Shown here piece by piece: positions 30,210 through 41,236 of a stretch of DNA of 64,000 nt. Source of the DNA: Minisyncoccota bacterium (GTDB lineage: Bacteria > Patescibacteriota > Minisyncoccia > Phycocordibacterales > JABAAK01); assembly GCA_965204115.1 (NCBI GenBank), contig OZ241963.1, positions 532,622-596,621 of the forward strand, in the 5' to 3' direction. The position numbers and the translations under genes are program-made. Every line of letters begins with the position of its first letter. Position 1 is the stretch's first letter. The notes beneath the pieces are model-generated. The model was given only the letters and a program-made list of their open reading frames with translations. It did not search any database and was not told the origin of the DNA.

Positions 30210-33200
30210 ATGTTTTCTTTTAATGACCAGCGTGGCGGTTTTGCCACCATCGCCATTGTCGGGGGTGTTGCTGTTGCGGTTGTTGCCGGGGGTGTGTTTT
30301 ACTTTTTGCGCAGTAGCCCGCCTGAAGTTGATACTGTTTTGAAGGATGATTCGGCTACTGTTTTCGGTGAGGAGACCGTTTTGTCTGTTGATGCGGAGGA
30401 TGCGCTGCTTCGGAGTTTGCCTCGCGGGCGTACCAATGACTATTGCTCGTTACTCGGATTGGAGCGGGAGGCCTGTGCGGGTGGTGCCGAGGGTGTGTGC
30501 CGGGACTTGTTTGGCAGCTGTAGTATTGACGTCTCCCGTGACTCCTCTGACACTATTCGGCAGTTTGCCGAGGCCTGCTTGGTTTTGCGAACTGCGGAAG
30601 GGCGGTCGCAGTATTTTGCATGGCTTGATAGCGGTGATCCGAAGCCGTTTCCGCTTTATTACGCCATATTCGGACTGGAGGAAGGTGCGTTTAACCAGAA
30701 ACAACTCACTGATGCGTACCAGGTACTATTGGATTCATACTTTTCCACTGCTTCCTGCGACAATCGTGAGGCACTTCGTCTTTTGTCTGAGGGGTATCTT
30801 TTGCTGAGCGATGCTGCCGGTCGGTCTGAATACGATGTGTGGCTGAATGGCACCGGCAGTGATCCGTTTCCCTTATACTACGCGCTTCTTGGGCTGCGTA
30901 GAGACACTTTTACGCAACAAGATTCTGCTGATGCATACAAGAAAACCTTGGATCAATATCTTTCCGGATACTACGGCAACAATACTGAGGTCTTGCGCCT
31001 CTTGACCGAAGCGCATATGATATTGTACGATCCGTCATCGCAGTCCGCCTACAGCACACTTCTTGATGGCGGTCTGTCATCTTCTTTTTCCGATATTTCT
31101 CTTGATTTGGGTGGGGACAATCTGTTTTCTGCCCTCAGTGATCTTAACCTTTCACCCACTCATCTCGGTACTGTTTTCGGCTCCTTAGACCTGTCTTCTG
31201 CTGAGCTTGTAAGTGCTGCTGCCACGCTTGATTTCTCCTCCACTGATTTAGGCGGCTTTGTTGGCGGACTCAATCTTTCTCCGGGCAATCTCAGTGCCGT
31301 TCTGAGCGATTTTAGTATCTCTCCGGATAATCTTGGCGCTGCTCTTAACGGTCTTAATCCTTCCACTGATGACCTGAGTAACATTCTGAGTGACCTTGAT
31401 CTTTCTGCCGCTGAGCTGAGTATTGTTTTGAGTGACCTTGCTCTCCCCGCCGATGAGCTGAGTACCGTTCTGGGGGATCTTACTATACCTCCAACTGACC
31501 TGCAGACCTTATTTACCAATTTCGATATCCCTTTTCTTGGTGAGGGTACTCCGTTTCCCGGTGTTGCCGTGCCGCCCGATGATTTGCCGGATGATGCTGA
31601 TGATTTACCGGCGGTTGCTATTTCTCCGAAGCTTGTTCAGATTGGTGTTAAGAATGACGGTGTTCAGCCATCATTTCTCGTGGAGGTTACGAAAGGTGGT
31701 TCTCCGTACGCCCCTGATACGCCGATTACAGTTGCTCTGGAGTGTGAGGATGCCGTTCGTCCGGCTAGTCAGCCGACCACTTCTTTGATTTTAAGCGATT
31801 TGCCGGAATCTGTCCTGCTCTCTGCCAGCAAAGGTACGACCGGGGATTTAGTTCGAGCCCCTGGTGTTACCGGGTATGTTGTATGTGCTGTTGTTGCTGA
31901 CACTAATACAGATCCGACTTACATACTTGGCTCACCCTCCTCTGCAAGAGTTACTATTGTTGGAGGTTCGTCCGGTCCGCCTTGTGATAGGCCGTCGTGC
32001 CCCGGTGATCCGACCAGCGGTCCGTTGCCTACTGTTTCCATTGCCGCTGTTGAGCCGCGTGTTGCCAGCGGTGATGATGCGGTGTTTCGTGTTTCTTCCA
32101 GTTCCGATATTGTCGGGTCGTTGCATGTGCAGTATTCATGCAGTGCCAATACCAGTGTCGATAACACTTATCTCGGCGAGAATGATGTTACGATTCAGGG
32201 TGGTTCCGGGCAGTTTGCTACTACCATCACCCTGCCGACGAATGAGGATGTTTCTGATACCGTTACATGTGAACTACTTGATAGTGTAAAAAATGCGTAT
32301 AGGATTTTAGGTCGTGATGCTTCTGTCGGAGTCGGGTTGTTGGGATCAGGGGACATTGAAGGGTATGATCCTGCATTGCCGACCGTCTCCCTGATAGCGT
32401 ATCGCACGACACCGGGCAATTCTGGTAAGTTTTCAGAGAAGGTTAGCAGTACCGTTGTTGGTGATACGGACACTTATATTGGACTGGTGATTGATGACCC
32501 TGAATCAGATTCTTTTGGTGATGAGGATCCGGACTCCCGGAAGGAGGTTTCTGACGGTGAGTTGTATGTGCTGTATGTGACAGATTTTGGTAATACCATT
32601 TCTGTGCTGCCGGGCGATGGAGGGACTGTCACTGTTGGCATTAGTAAGGATAGGGAGGTTCCGGACTCGGAGCCGCTGTTTAATGCTGTCGCCGATACCG
32701 TTGTTGCCAAGCATTCAGGGTATGGGAGTCCTCCCACCGCTCTGCATCACAGTGCTGGGGGTGGTAGTCGTTGGAGAGGTAATTTTGCCGAGGGCAGTAT
32801 CTTTATTGAAATAACCGCAGATCATCGCGTTATTATGCGGAATGATGTCGAGGGAAATGTGATTGTTTGTGGCTATGATCGCGGTGTTCTGTATTGTGCG
32901 ACTTATGAGGATGCAGATAGATTTGCCCCGAGAAATATCTTTGTTACCGCGGAGTGTCGTAAAGAATTTTCGGATCGTGAGAGAAGTCGGGAGGACTCCG
33001 GTCTTATCACAGGCGGTCGGCGCGTGGTTGATCGCGGTAGTGAGCCGTCGTATGCGTTGCCGGTGTTCGGGTATGCTCCTGTTCGTCGCGGTGATCCCGA
33101 GGGTGACTTATACACCTTTATTCGTTCTGACGGGACTTACGATGCCCTTGATGAAGATGCAGGTCCTGATTCGGTGTTTAGTTCGATCCGTATCGATCCT

Positions 33201-36200
33201 TTTCTTGAGCCGGATACGACTTTTTCCTGTAGGATTTCCGGTGGCGGGGCAGAGGATGGGTATAATGTCGGCACTCCTTATGCGGAAGTGCAGGTGCGAC
33301 CGCGTGCGACGATATCTCTCGGTGTGCATGGTGCGCAGCGTGTTGCTGATGAGTCAGGGCTTCTCGGTGAGCCGGTTGCGCATCTTGATCGTCGTCAAGC
33401 GGAGTATAATTTTGATTCTGACAACTCTGACTTTTCTGATTTTCCCACCGGCCCAACCGGAGGTAGAGAGATTCCTGGTGTTGATGCATCGTTTCGTGAT
33501 GTGTCCGCCAGTTTAGGGGCGTCTCTTAGTGTTGGGTTTCTCACTTCTTTTGGTGCGTGTGCCGGTTCCTCTCTCTTGAATCGAGGAATCAGTGAGCTTG
33601 CTAATAGAATTGGTCTTGGCGGTTTTGGTGCTGTTCCGGTTAGATCTGCAAAACTTGAACTCAAGGAGTGTGTTTTGGATTCCGCTGTTTCCGGCGCTGT
33701 TTTGGAGGTGCTTACTGCTGTTGCGAGAGATTATATCACCTGGGCATCTGAGGGATTTGAGGACAAGCCGCTGTTTGTGAAGAATCCGACCACTTTTTAT
33801 AAGAACCTGCGCGATGATGCAATCGGTCGTGTTATTGATCGGAGTGGTCTTGGGTTTCTCTGCGATATCGGCGTTCCTAATTTTGAAGCGTACGAGGCAA
33901 CGCTTAAGATTAATTTGCAGCAGCAATATCTCGGCATCGCTACTGATCGACCGAGGTGTACCTATAGTGATTTGGCAAATAACCTTGAGGATTTTTATGA
34001 TGATGCTTCAGATGTTTTGCGTGATCTTGATCCGGAGTATTTGAGAAGCTTTGGTTTTACTATTGACGGCTCTGTCAGAACGCAGAACGCAGGCACTTTT
34101 CAGTTTCCGCCGTCTGATGGATTTACCGGCAATCAGCTTGATGCGTTCTCGGCGAACCTTGATCGCGCTATGAAGAAGACGGAGAATAGTAGTAATTTTC
34201 TCCTGGCTGTTTCCCAGGTGGATAGTGATATTCGCGAGGCGCGGCAGGAGTTTGATGCCGCTGTGAAGCCGGTTTCTCAGATTTTTAATCCGAATGACCC
34301 GACATCAATTGGTGCGTTTCGGGAGTGTAATGAGACAGAGAATCCGGAAGGTGATGTTGACTGTTTTTCATTGAATGTATCCGGTTCTAAGATTACTGAA
34401 ATGACCGGTAAGGGGATTAGCTCGCTTTCCGACCGATTGTTGCAGGTTGATGAGTTTGGGGAGTTTGGTCAGTTGGTTGGTCTGGCGGTGAACGCGACTT
34501 CTGCCGGCTTGATGAAGAAGTATTTAAGCAGGGGCTTTGGGCATTCAGTAGACAGAGAGACCGCGGATCTGTTGAGTAATATTGAAAAAGATATTGATGC
34601 CTCTCTCAGGCCGTCAAGTGCTCGTAAAGTTAGTTTGAGTGAGAACTGGTGGTCGGTGTTTTTTGAAAGAAACGCGTTTTATAATGACTTGCTGAATGCT
34701 GAGATGTATGCGAATGATGTCTTTACCTTATTGCAGTATATTGGGTCCGGTTTGTACCGGGATCCGAAGCGAATTGGTGATAAGGCATATATCCCTCCTG
34801 TCCGTCCTTATACCGCCTTTGATACTTTGCGCCATGCGAGTACGAGTGGTACACCAGGGCAATTTCCCATATTTTCGTATGGCAATTTGATTGGTTTTTC
34901 TTCCGCACAACTTACGAGGAATTATGCTAATTTTTATCACGCTCCAGATATTAAGAGTGCTGTTGAGGAGCGTGCTTTTGAGCAGCTTAATGGTAATAAT
35001 GGATGGGCGAAGGAGCGACTCCAGCATATTTTTAACGGCTGGGTCAGTGATGAATCCGGAGAGGAGCAAGGGTATCGAAAGATGGTGGCGATTGAGCGGT
35101 TTGATGATGCGCATCGTTTTTTGTCTAATGGTGAGGCGCGTTCAGCGTACAATGCTTTTCTCGGCAAGATGGGGGACTTTATTGAGAATACGCCGTATGA
35201 TCGGCAAGGCACGAGTAATTGGTGGAAGAAGAGTATGAAGAATATGCCAGACGATGTGAGAGAAGATATAGCCGGCCCTGGTCCTTCTTTGCCGGGACAT
35301 TTAGCAGGACTTAAGGATACAGATTCGCTCACCGACGATCAGAGTGTTCACTATCCCGAGGACCACACCGATTTTTCAAAACGTGTTTTCGGCGTCGGCT
35401 CTTCGGAGGAAAGGACTTGTGGTAATACACCCTGTGCTGATTGCCTGTTTCGTCGTTCAAGAGCGGCGTCAGGGAGTGCCGCGACGTGTACAACGGAAGG
35501 AGGAACAACATACCCTTGCATCAATGATATTGCGGGAAATATAGGACAGTGTATATATTTTAAGGGCGGTACTTCTGATCTTAGTGCTGGTGTTTGTGGT
35601 CTTTCGCTTACGGATCCGAGGTTTGAAACCCATTGCGGGGTCTGCTGGCCTCACAATCTCAATGGCAATACCGATCAAAATAAGTTTACTGCGTTTACGG
35701 GTGAGGTTGAGTACTATTGTCCTGCGGGAGGGACTTCCGAAAAGTTGCTGGATGCTCAGGGGGACCTTGTTACCATCAAACAATTGCGTAAGATTTACGA
35801 AGCAACATTGGCGGTGCATATTCGTTTAGTTGGAACGCTTGATGAGTATCGAGGCGCTCCACTGCTCAGCTCGCCTATTCATACTTACCGCAGAGAGATT
35901 TTGGATGCTTATCGGGCAGATCCTGATTCTGATGATCTTGATAGTGGCGGCGGGTGGGCAGTTGTGCAGCAGGAAACTTTAAAAAAGTTTCGTGACGGCA
36001 CAATGCAGGTGTATATTCCTCTTGACGATGACGAGTTTGGTGAGCAGGAGTATTTGACTCTTTTGAGTAGTGTTGGGTGTGTGAAAGCGGATGCGATTAC
36101 TTTTCAGGACGGTGCTTTTATCAGAAGTTATCAGGAGATGAGTTGTGTTTTAGGAACAGTTTTTCAGGATCAGGCGTACTTTGTACTTCGTCGAGAGAAT

Positions 36201-37031
36201 GATGATCTCAATAAGCGGCGTGTTGTGTATCTTGCTTGCGGGTATGATGATGATTCTGATGATGATTCTGTCGCTCCCGGCCAGCAGTCAGATGCAGACA
36301 AGCGTTTCCGGTTCAAGAAGGGCGTGGAAGGAAACCCAAGACCACTTCCGCCGGTGACCCTGGAGAAGGGGGAGGATTCGGTTATCTTTCCGGTGCCGAA
36401 ACCGATTTGGTCGCCGTTTGATCTTGGTGACCGCACTCCTTATAATAAGGATGACACTCCTCCTAACTACACTCCATTAACCGGTCAACGGATTCGTTGC
36501 TCTATAGATTTGAAGAGGACTCAGGTGAGTGCTGATGTTGCTGTGGATACGCTTACCCAAGTTGTCACTGTCTCGGAGCATCTGTCAAATGATGGTTCTC
36601 CCGTCACTTTTCACTCTCTGGTTCGGAATACTTTGGGGGGTATTGTTACCTCTCGTCTTGAGGATCGAAAGGATATGGTTGCTGAAGCACTGTTTTATAC
36701 CTATGTTTGGGGGTGGTATACCGGATTTATAGAGATGCCGTATTACTCTATTCAAGGACTGTTATCTAACCCGCCGGTAATTTTGACGGATAGCAAGGTG
36801 GCGGTGACGGCGAATATTCAGGGTAATCAGGAGGCGTTGCGACGGTATCGTTTTTTGAGTTCGCTGTTTGCCAATGAGAGTGATTCGCGGTTTTCGTCAA
36901 AAAACTTTGGTTTTCTTACTCCTGCTGAGGCGCGTGCTGAGTACGAGCATTCTTTTGACGATCGGTTTAATGGATATTTTGGACGCGCGCTCGGAGAATT
37001 TTTTGAGCTGCTCCCCAATATGCATCAGTAA
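30210..37031 (+). CDS. Giant (2273 aa) membrane-anchored surface protein. One N-terminal TM, three degenerate J-domain-like repeats lacking HPD, about nine 14-aa tandem repeats, then a large Cys-containing domain of unknown function
   Basis: Single uninterrupted 6.8-kb ORF. TM GFATIAIVGGVAVAVVAGGVFYF. J-like repeats PLYYALLGL...DAYKKTLDQY...LRLLTEAHMILYD span nt ~30432-31065. 14-aa period xxVLSDLxLSxxEL spans nt ~31092-31530. Confidence 0.75.
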   Translation: MFSFNDQRGGFATIAIVGGVAVAVVAGGVFYFLRSSPPEVDTVLKDDSATVFGEETVLSVDAEDALLRSLPRGRTNDYCSLLGLEREACAGGAEGVCRDLFGSCSIDVSRDSSDTIRQFAEACLVLRTAEGRSQYFAWLDSGDPKPFPLYYAIFGLEEGAFNQKQLTDAYQVLLDSYFSTASCDNREALRLLSEGYLLLSDAAGRSEYDVWLNGTGSDPFPLYYALLGLRRDTFTQQDSADAYKKTLDQYLSGYYGNNTEVLRLLTEAHMILYDPSSQSAYSTLLDGGLSSSFSDISLDLGGDNLFSALSDLNLSPTHLGTVFGSLDLSSAELVSAAATLDFSSTDLGGFVGGLNLSPGNLSAVLSDFSISPDNLGAALNGLNPSTDDLSNILSDLDLSAAELSIVLSDLALPADELSTVLGDLTIPPTDLQTLFTNFDIPFLGEGTPFPGVAVPPDDLPDDADDLPAVAISPKLVQIGVKNDGVQPSFLVEVTKGGSPYAPDTPITVALECEDAVRPASQPTTSLILSDLPESVLLSASKGTTGDLVRAPGVTGYVVCAVVADTNTDPTYILGSPSSARVTIVGGSSGPPCDRPSCPGDPTSGPLPTVSIAAVEPRVASGDDAVFRVSSSSDIVGSLHVQYSCSANTSVDNTYLGENDVTIQGGSGQFATTITLPTNEDVSDTVTCELLDSVKNAYRILGRDASVGVGLLGSGDIEGYDPALPTVSLIAYRTTPGNSGKFSEKVSSTVVGDTDTYIGLVIDDPESDSFGDEDPDSRKEVSDGELYVLYVTDFGNTISVLPGDGGTVTVGISKDREVPDSEPLFNAVADTVVAKHSGYGSPPTALHHSAGGGSRWRGNFAEGSIFIEITADHRVIMRNDVEGNVIVCGYDRGVLYCATYEDADRFAPRNIFVTAECRKEFSDRERSREDSGLITGGRRVVDRGSEPSYALPVFGYAPVRRGDPEGDLYTFIRSDGTYDALDEDAGPDSVFSSIRIDPFLEPDTTFSCRISGGGAEDGYNVGTPYAEVQVRPRATISLGVHGAQRVADESGLLGEPVAHLDRRQAEYNFDSDNSDFSDFPTGPTGGREIPGVDASFRDVSASLGASLSVGFLTSFGACAGSSLLNRGISELANRIGLGGFGAVPVRSAKLELKECVLDSAVSGAVLEVLTAVARDYITWASEGFEDKPLFVKNPTTFYKNLRDDAIGRVIDRSGLGFLCDIGVPNFEAYEATLKINLQQQYLGIATDRPRCTYSDLANNLEDFYDDASDVLRDLDPEYLRSFGFTIDGSVRTQNAGTFQFPPSDGFTGNQLDAFSANLDRAMKKTENSSNFLLAVSQVDSDIREARQEFDAAVKPVSQIFNPNDPTSIGAFRECNETENPEGDVDCFSLNVSGSKITEMTGKGISSLSDRLLQVDEFGEFGQLVGLAVNATSAGLMKKYLSRGFGHSVDRETADLLSNIEKDIDASLRPSSARKVSLSENWWSVFFERNAFYNDLLNAEMYANDVFTLLQYIGSGLYRDPKRIGDKAYIPPVRPYTAFDTLRHASTSGTPGQFPIFSYGNLIGFSSAQLTRNYANFYHAPDIKSAVEERAFEQLNGNNGWAKERLQHIFNGWVSDESGEEQGYRKMVAIERFDDAHRFLSNGEARSAYNAFLGKMGDFIENTPYDRQGTSNWWKKSMKNMPDDVREDIAGPGPSLPGHLAGLKDTDSLTDDQSVHYPEDHTDFSKRVFGVGSSEERTCGNTPCADCLFRRSRAASGSAATCTTEGGTTYPCINDIAGNIGQCIYFKGGTSDLSAGVCGLSLTDPRFETHCGVCWPHNLNGNTDQNKFTAFTGEVEYYCPAGGTSEKLLDAQGDLVTIKQLRKIYEATLAVHIRLVGTLDEYRGAPLLSSPIHTYRREILDAYRADPDSDDLDSGGGWAVVQQETLKKFRDGTMQVYIPLDDDEFGEQEYLTLLSSVGCVKADAITFQDGAFIRSYQEMSCVLGTVFQDQAYFVLRRENDDLNKRRVVYLACGYDDDSDDDSVAPGQQSDADKRFRFKKGVEGNPRPLPPVTLEKGEDSVIFPVPKPIWSPFDLGDRTPYNKDDTPPNYTPLTGQRIRCSIDLKRTQVSADVAVDTLTQVVTVSEHLSNDGSPVTFHSLVRNTLGGIVTSRLEDRKDMVAEALFYTYVWGWYTGFIEMPYYSIQGLLSNPPVILTDSKVAVTANIQGNQEALRRYRFLSSLFANESDSRFSSKNFGFLTPAEARAEYEHSFDDRFNGYFGRALGEFFELLPNMHQ

Positions 37032-37079
37032 GTATGAAAAATGCGCGACGGATGTCGCGCATTAAGTTTTGTGCGGAGG

Positions 37080-37766
37080 TTAGGGAAGGATTTTGGCACA
37101 GGCGAATGCCGTGTCTAGGCTGAAGTTCCTGTCGACTATCTTTTCCCTGGATATTTGATATCCTTCTCCAACAAAATCCAGCCCGAGATATCTTCCTATA
37201 ATGAGTGTCCATTCACTTTTTTCCCACCCCATGAACATCCCGTCTTCCTGTGAAAGCAGGGCGAAGAATCTGGACATTTTTTTATTCGCGGTCTCTGTCT
37301 TTCCCGGCTGATCGGTGAAATCTAATCTTATCATCACCGCCTCTTCCAGGGTTAGCGGCCTATACCCCTCTGCCCCGAAGTGGCTTCTTATCTTTTCTAT
37401 TGTGGGCGTCCCTGTCATTCCCGCCTCACGGAGCGTTAGGACAGTGATCTCAGTTTCGCCCGGAATTTTGGACATTGGCATATCTATTATTCTCATTCGC
37501 AGTGATACGCTGTAGGCATGGAAGTTTTCTCGGTTCCATAGGGTGTCTACTATATCTTCCCCCGTTTCATACACACCTGTCCTCACTATTATGGTTCCAT
37601 CCATCCAGTGCGGTACCCAATCCGGCCACTCAGACGATGGGGCTTGCTCTTCTGTCACCATTGTCTCAGCCACTATGGACCCGTCCTCTTCAATGTCGGG
37701 TGAGCATCCGACCAGGGAAAACATTGATACCATTGTTAGCAGTGCTACTGTCGTTGCAACTCTCAT
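37080..37766 (-). CDS. Lipoprotein of unknown function
   Basis: Signal peptide with lipobox LVGCS. 228 aa. Confidence 0.6.
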   Translation of the reverse strand: MRVATTVALLTMVSMFSLVGCSPDIEEDGSIVAETMVTEEQAPSSEWPDWVPHWMDGTIIVRTGVYETGEDIVDTLWNRENFHAYSVSLRMRIIDMPMSKIPGETEITVLTLREAGMTGTPTIEKIRSHFGAEGYRPLTLEEAVMIRLDFTDQPGKTETANKKMSRFFALLSQEDGMFMGWEKSEWTLIIGRYLGLDFVGEGYQISREKIVDRNFSLDTAFACAKILP

Positions 37767-37957
37767 TTTTTGACCTCCTTAATTGTTGTGATTGTGTGGA
37801 CTATGCTGTCCGCTGATACTATACCATACTTGAACTCTTGAGTCCAGCATCCCTCCTCGTGATGGGTAAGGTTGCATTGCGGGTGTTGGGGGGTTGGAGT
37901 GCAGCACATGCTCTCCGACGGAGATGCGTCGGATTCCTCTCTCTTTGAGGGTATACT

Positions 37958-40900
37958 GTGTATATGATGTTTGCTTTTATCAGGCGGCGGTGGGTTGTGT
38001 TCGGCACACTTTGTTTATTGTTGCTGTGTTTGGTTTTTGTGCCGCAGTTTGTGTTTGCTAATGTTGCTGATGGAATTACCAGCGTTATTAATGCCGTGGT
38101 CGGAGGTTTGATGAAGGGGCTTGAGTGGCTGGTCTCGCTGTTTCAATTCTTGTTTTTGCAGGTTATTCAATTTACCATTCTTGATTTTGCAAATCACTGG
38201 AAGGATAAGGGACTTCTTTCTGATTTTCGGGTGGTGTGGCAGGTCCTGCGGGATTTTGTGAACCTGTCCATTGTTGTGCTTTTCGTTCTTACCGCCATGA
38301 TGACTGTTCTTGACGCGAAAGGGCAATTCGGCTTTCACCGGAAGGGGTTGTTGTATTTGATTGCTGCTGCTGTTTTTGTGAATTTCAGTGCTTTCTTTAC
38401 TTTGCTTGTTATTGATGTTTCGCATATTCTGTTTATGTTGTTTTTTAATGCACTTGATGTGTCAACATTAGGATCGTTCTCGCCGTTCTCCGGGTATAGT
38501 GAGGTTTTGGGTAGTACTGCTGATGGCATTTTCAACATCATTCTCGGCGTTATTGCGATTGTGGTGAATTGGTTTATCATACTCGGCATTCTCTATTTCT
38601 GTATCATGTTGATTGAGCGGTATATTATTGCCATGTTTCTTGTACTTTTTTCGCCGTTCGCGGCACTCGGGTTTTTTACCAACATGTCCGGCGGTGGTAA
38701 CCCTCTTGCCGACAAGTTTTCCGGTGTGTATAAGATATGGAGTGAGCGGCTTGGCTATGTGTTCACCATGCCGGTCATACTTATCGTTGGGTTTGCGCTT
38801 CTGTTGGTTTTGTTCCGCGGGGCGTTGGGTCAGATGGTTGATCCTGATAACTTTGTTAAGTTGATTGGTGTTAACACTCCGGAGGGGCGGGGTATTCTCC
38901 TGCAGCTTATGCTTGCGAGCGTTGTGTTGATACTTGGCATTTTCAAGGTCGGTGAGTTTGCGAAGAATGCGAATATTCATCCCGCTATTGCTAATAAGTT
39001 TAAGTTTGGGGAACTGGCGTCCAAGCTGGTTCCAAAAGCGTCATCTGCTCCGAAAGCGGTACTTGGTGCTGTTCGGTCGATTAAGAACCCTGCCGGTCGG
39101 GGTGTCTTTGGTTATAAGCAAAAGATCTATGATCAGCGGAAGGAGTGGCAGCAGGCGCAGGATAGGGGGGAGAAGACGCCTTGGATCGCAAAGGTGCCCG
39201 GCGTCGGGAAGTCGCTTGATGTGGGGGGTAAAGTGCGGCGAGGCAGGCAGCGTGCTCAATCTATTGTTCGCGGCGCTCAGGTAGTTGCGGGCGGGCAGTC
39301 AGGTCGTAATGTTGACTGGCAGAATGCTGAGGCAAATGAGGACGCGAGAATCTGGGACATCATTCGTAACCCCACCAGCACTAGAGAGCAAAAGGAAGAT
39401 CTTTTGACGCAGGCGCTTGATGATAAGAGCAATGTTACGCTTAATGAGCAGCAGACCGCTGAGCTTGCGAGGAACATTGAGTTGCACCCACTGATTTCAT
39501 CATTGAAGAAGGGGGTTTCTCAGGGTACTTTCAGGCAGATACGAGGGGATGCGGAAGTACGGGCAAAGGAGCTTGCTGTTGAGAAGGATGCTATTGCCGC
39601 TGAGAAGGGCACCCCTCCTCCTGAGTATGAGAAGAGACAGCAGGAGCTTCACACTGCTGAGATAGATTATAAGGGCGCAGAGCTGGCGTATGATGATTTG
39701 ATGCGGCAAAAAAATTTTGCACAGGATGAGTTTAATGCCGCGAAGGAGGCATTTGAACAGACGGATGCGTATAAGAAGTTTAATCGAGATCTTGACAGTA
39801 AAATGCAGGACTTTGAGTCCGGCAAGATAGCTTGGGAGGATGTTGAAAATTTTGAGACCACTTTTTATGAGGATGCTGCAACTCGAACGCAAGCCGGTTC
39901 TGTCCGGCAGCAGAAGCTTGCTGTATTGGAGAAGATGAAGGATTCATTGCGTACGGCAAAAGATACAAAGAAGTCCGCGGACAATGTACAGCAGGGTGCC
40001 AAGAAAGCCTTTGAGGTTGAGGAGAGCAAGCATTATAATGCTATACGGCAAAAGGAAGACGCTAATACCAGTGCGCGAGGGGTGGTTACGCAGACATTTT
40101 CTAACCTTGCGACGAATACTGCCGCAGGTACCTCTGTTTCAAGAAATGCAGCAGCGGTGTTTGACCCTGATGCATTGAAGGATGCGCGTGCGGAGCGGGA
40201 GTCCGTTGCTGCTCCTATTGATAAGCAATTTCAGAATATGAAAAATGATTATGCGAAGTCGTCCGCAGTCGCTTTGGAGGACCTTAAGGCAGAAGAGAAA
40301 ACTATTGCGGAGAAAAACGCTGAGGAGAATGCGGATCTTCTTGAGAAGCGGGAGGAGTATGCTGATGAGGAGATGCAGAATCCTAACCCCAATGTTCTTA
40401 CGAGTCGCATGTTTGAGCTTCAGGAGGAGATTGATGCTTTGGAGCAGGAGTCCGCCGCGCGTCGTGAGCGATCTTTGGCGATTAATGCGGAGAGAGGTCG
40501 TATTAGGTCTATCAGAAAAAATCTTGAGAAGCAGGATGTTTCTGATTCTGAGAAGCTTGCCGTTCTTGGTGAATCTGTCAAGAGTGCGAAGTCATTTGTG
40601 CAGGGTGGGACGCAGTATCTTACTGCTCAGCTGAAGGCTGTTGATGATAAAATGACTGCGCTTGAATCTGTGGCGAAGCAGCGGGGTACTGATGTGAATA
40701 GCAATAGTGAGTACACAGATCTGCGGGATGAGCAAGAGCGCATCACCAATCGTATTGGGTATATCGGTCGTGTCGGTGGCAGTATTGCGGAGGTGGGTGA
40801 GGCCTTAGATGAGCAGAAGGAGATCCTTGAGAGTCCGGAATATACCGACGCTCTTGGTCAGGAACAGTATCTCTCGCTGTTCAGTGTGAAGACCTTACTG

Positions 40901-41188
40901 CGTGATATTGAGTCGGCTCTGGAAAGGCGTAAGAAGGCCTTTACTGAGAAGGAAGAGAAGAAGCTGGCGAAGAAGATGAAAGAGCAAGGGAAGAAGGGCG
41001 CTCCGAAGGTTCCGAAGAACGCTCATAAGGAGGATCCTGAGTGGAAGGTTCTTGACCAGCAGAAGAAGAATCTCAAGAAGATACAGGCGGAAGGTGGTGC
41101 CTCTGCTGAGCTGCAGCAGGCGGCCGTTAAGGCGGCAGAGCAGCTGGCAAAGCAGCAAGCGCAGAAGAAAAAACAGAAACAAAAATAG
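37958..41188 (+). CDS. VirB6/TrbL-like polytopic membrane protein with a long K/E-rich coiled-coil C-terminal extension (1076 aa)
   Basis: N-terminal signal-like helix, then at least six TM helices over about 330 aa, then about 700 aa of charged coiled coil. Sits immediately upstream of the VirB3/VirB4-like genes. Confidence 0.6.
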   Translation: MYMMFAFIRRRWVVFGTLCLLLLCLVFVPQFVFANVADGITSVINAVVGGLMKGLEWLVSLFQFLFLQVIQFTILDFANHWKDKGLLSDFRVVWQVLRDFVNLSIVVLFVLTAMMTVLDAKGQFGFHRKGLLYLIAAAVFVNFSAFFTLLVIDVSHILFMLFFNALDVSTLGSFSPFSGYSEVLGSTADGIFNIILGVIAIVVNWFIILGILYFCIMLIERYIIAMFLVLFSPFAALGFFTNMSGGGNPLADKFSGVYKIWSERLGYVFTMPVILIVGFALLLVLFRGALGQMVDPDNFVKLIGVNTPEGRGILLQLMLASVVLILGIFKVGEFAKNANIHPAIANKFKFGELASKLVPKASSAPKAVLGAVRSIKNPAGRGVFGYKQKIYDQRKEWQQAQDRGEKTPWIAKVPGVGKSLDVGGKVRRGRQRAQSIVRGAQVVAGGQSGRNVDWQNAEANEDARIWDIIRNPTSTREQKEDLLTQALDDKSNVTLNEQQTAELARNIELHPLISSLKKGVSQGTFRQIRGDAEVRAKELAVEKDAIAAEKGTPPPEYEKRQQELHTAEIDYKGAELAYDDLMRQKNFAQDEFNAAKEAFEQTDAYKKFNRDLDSKMQDFESGKIAWEDVENFETTFYEDAATRTQAGSVRQQKLAVLEKMKDSLRTAKDTKKSADNVQQGAKKAFEVEESKHYNAIRQKEDANTSARGVVTQTFSNLATNTAAGTSVSRNAAAVFDPDALKDARAERESVAAPIDKQFQNMKNDYAKSSAVALEDLKAEEKTIAEKNAEENADLLEKREEYADEEMQNPNPNVLTSRMFELQEEIDALEQESAARRERSLAINAERGRIRSIRKNLEKQDVSDSEKLAVLGESVKSAKSFVQGGTQYLTAQLKAVDDKMTALESVAKQRGTDVNSNSEYTDLRDEQERITNRIGYIGRVGGSIAEVGEALDEQKEILESPEYTDALGQEQYLSLFSVKTLLRDIESALERRKKAFTEKEEKKLAKKMKEQGKKGAPKVPKNAHKEDPEWKVLDQQKKNLKKIQAEGGASAELQQAAVKAAEQLAKQQAQKKKQKQK

Positions 41189-41201
41189 CGAGGGTAGTGG
41201 G

Positions 41202-41230
41202 TTGACAGTATATATTTTTTATGGTATAAT
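41202..41230 (+). promoter_or_regulatory. Consensus sigma70 promoter: TTGACA, 17-nt spacer, TATAAT
   Basis: -35 TTGACA at 41202..41207, exact 17-nt spacer, -10 TATAAT at 41225..41230. Confidence 0.55.
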
Positions 41231-41236
41231 TATATT

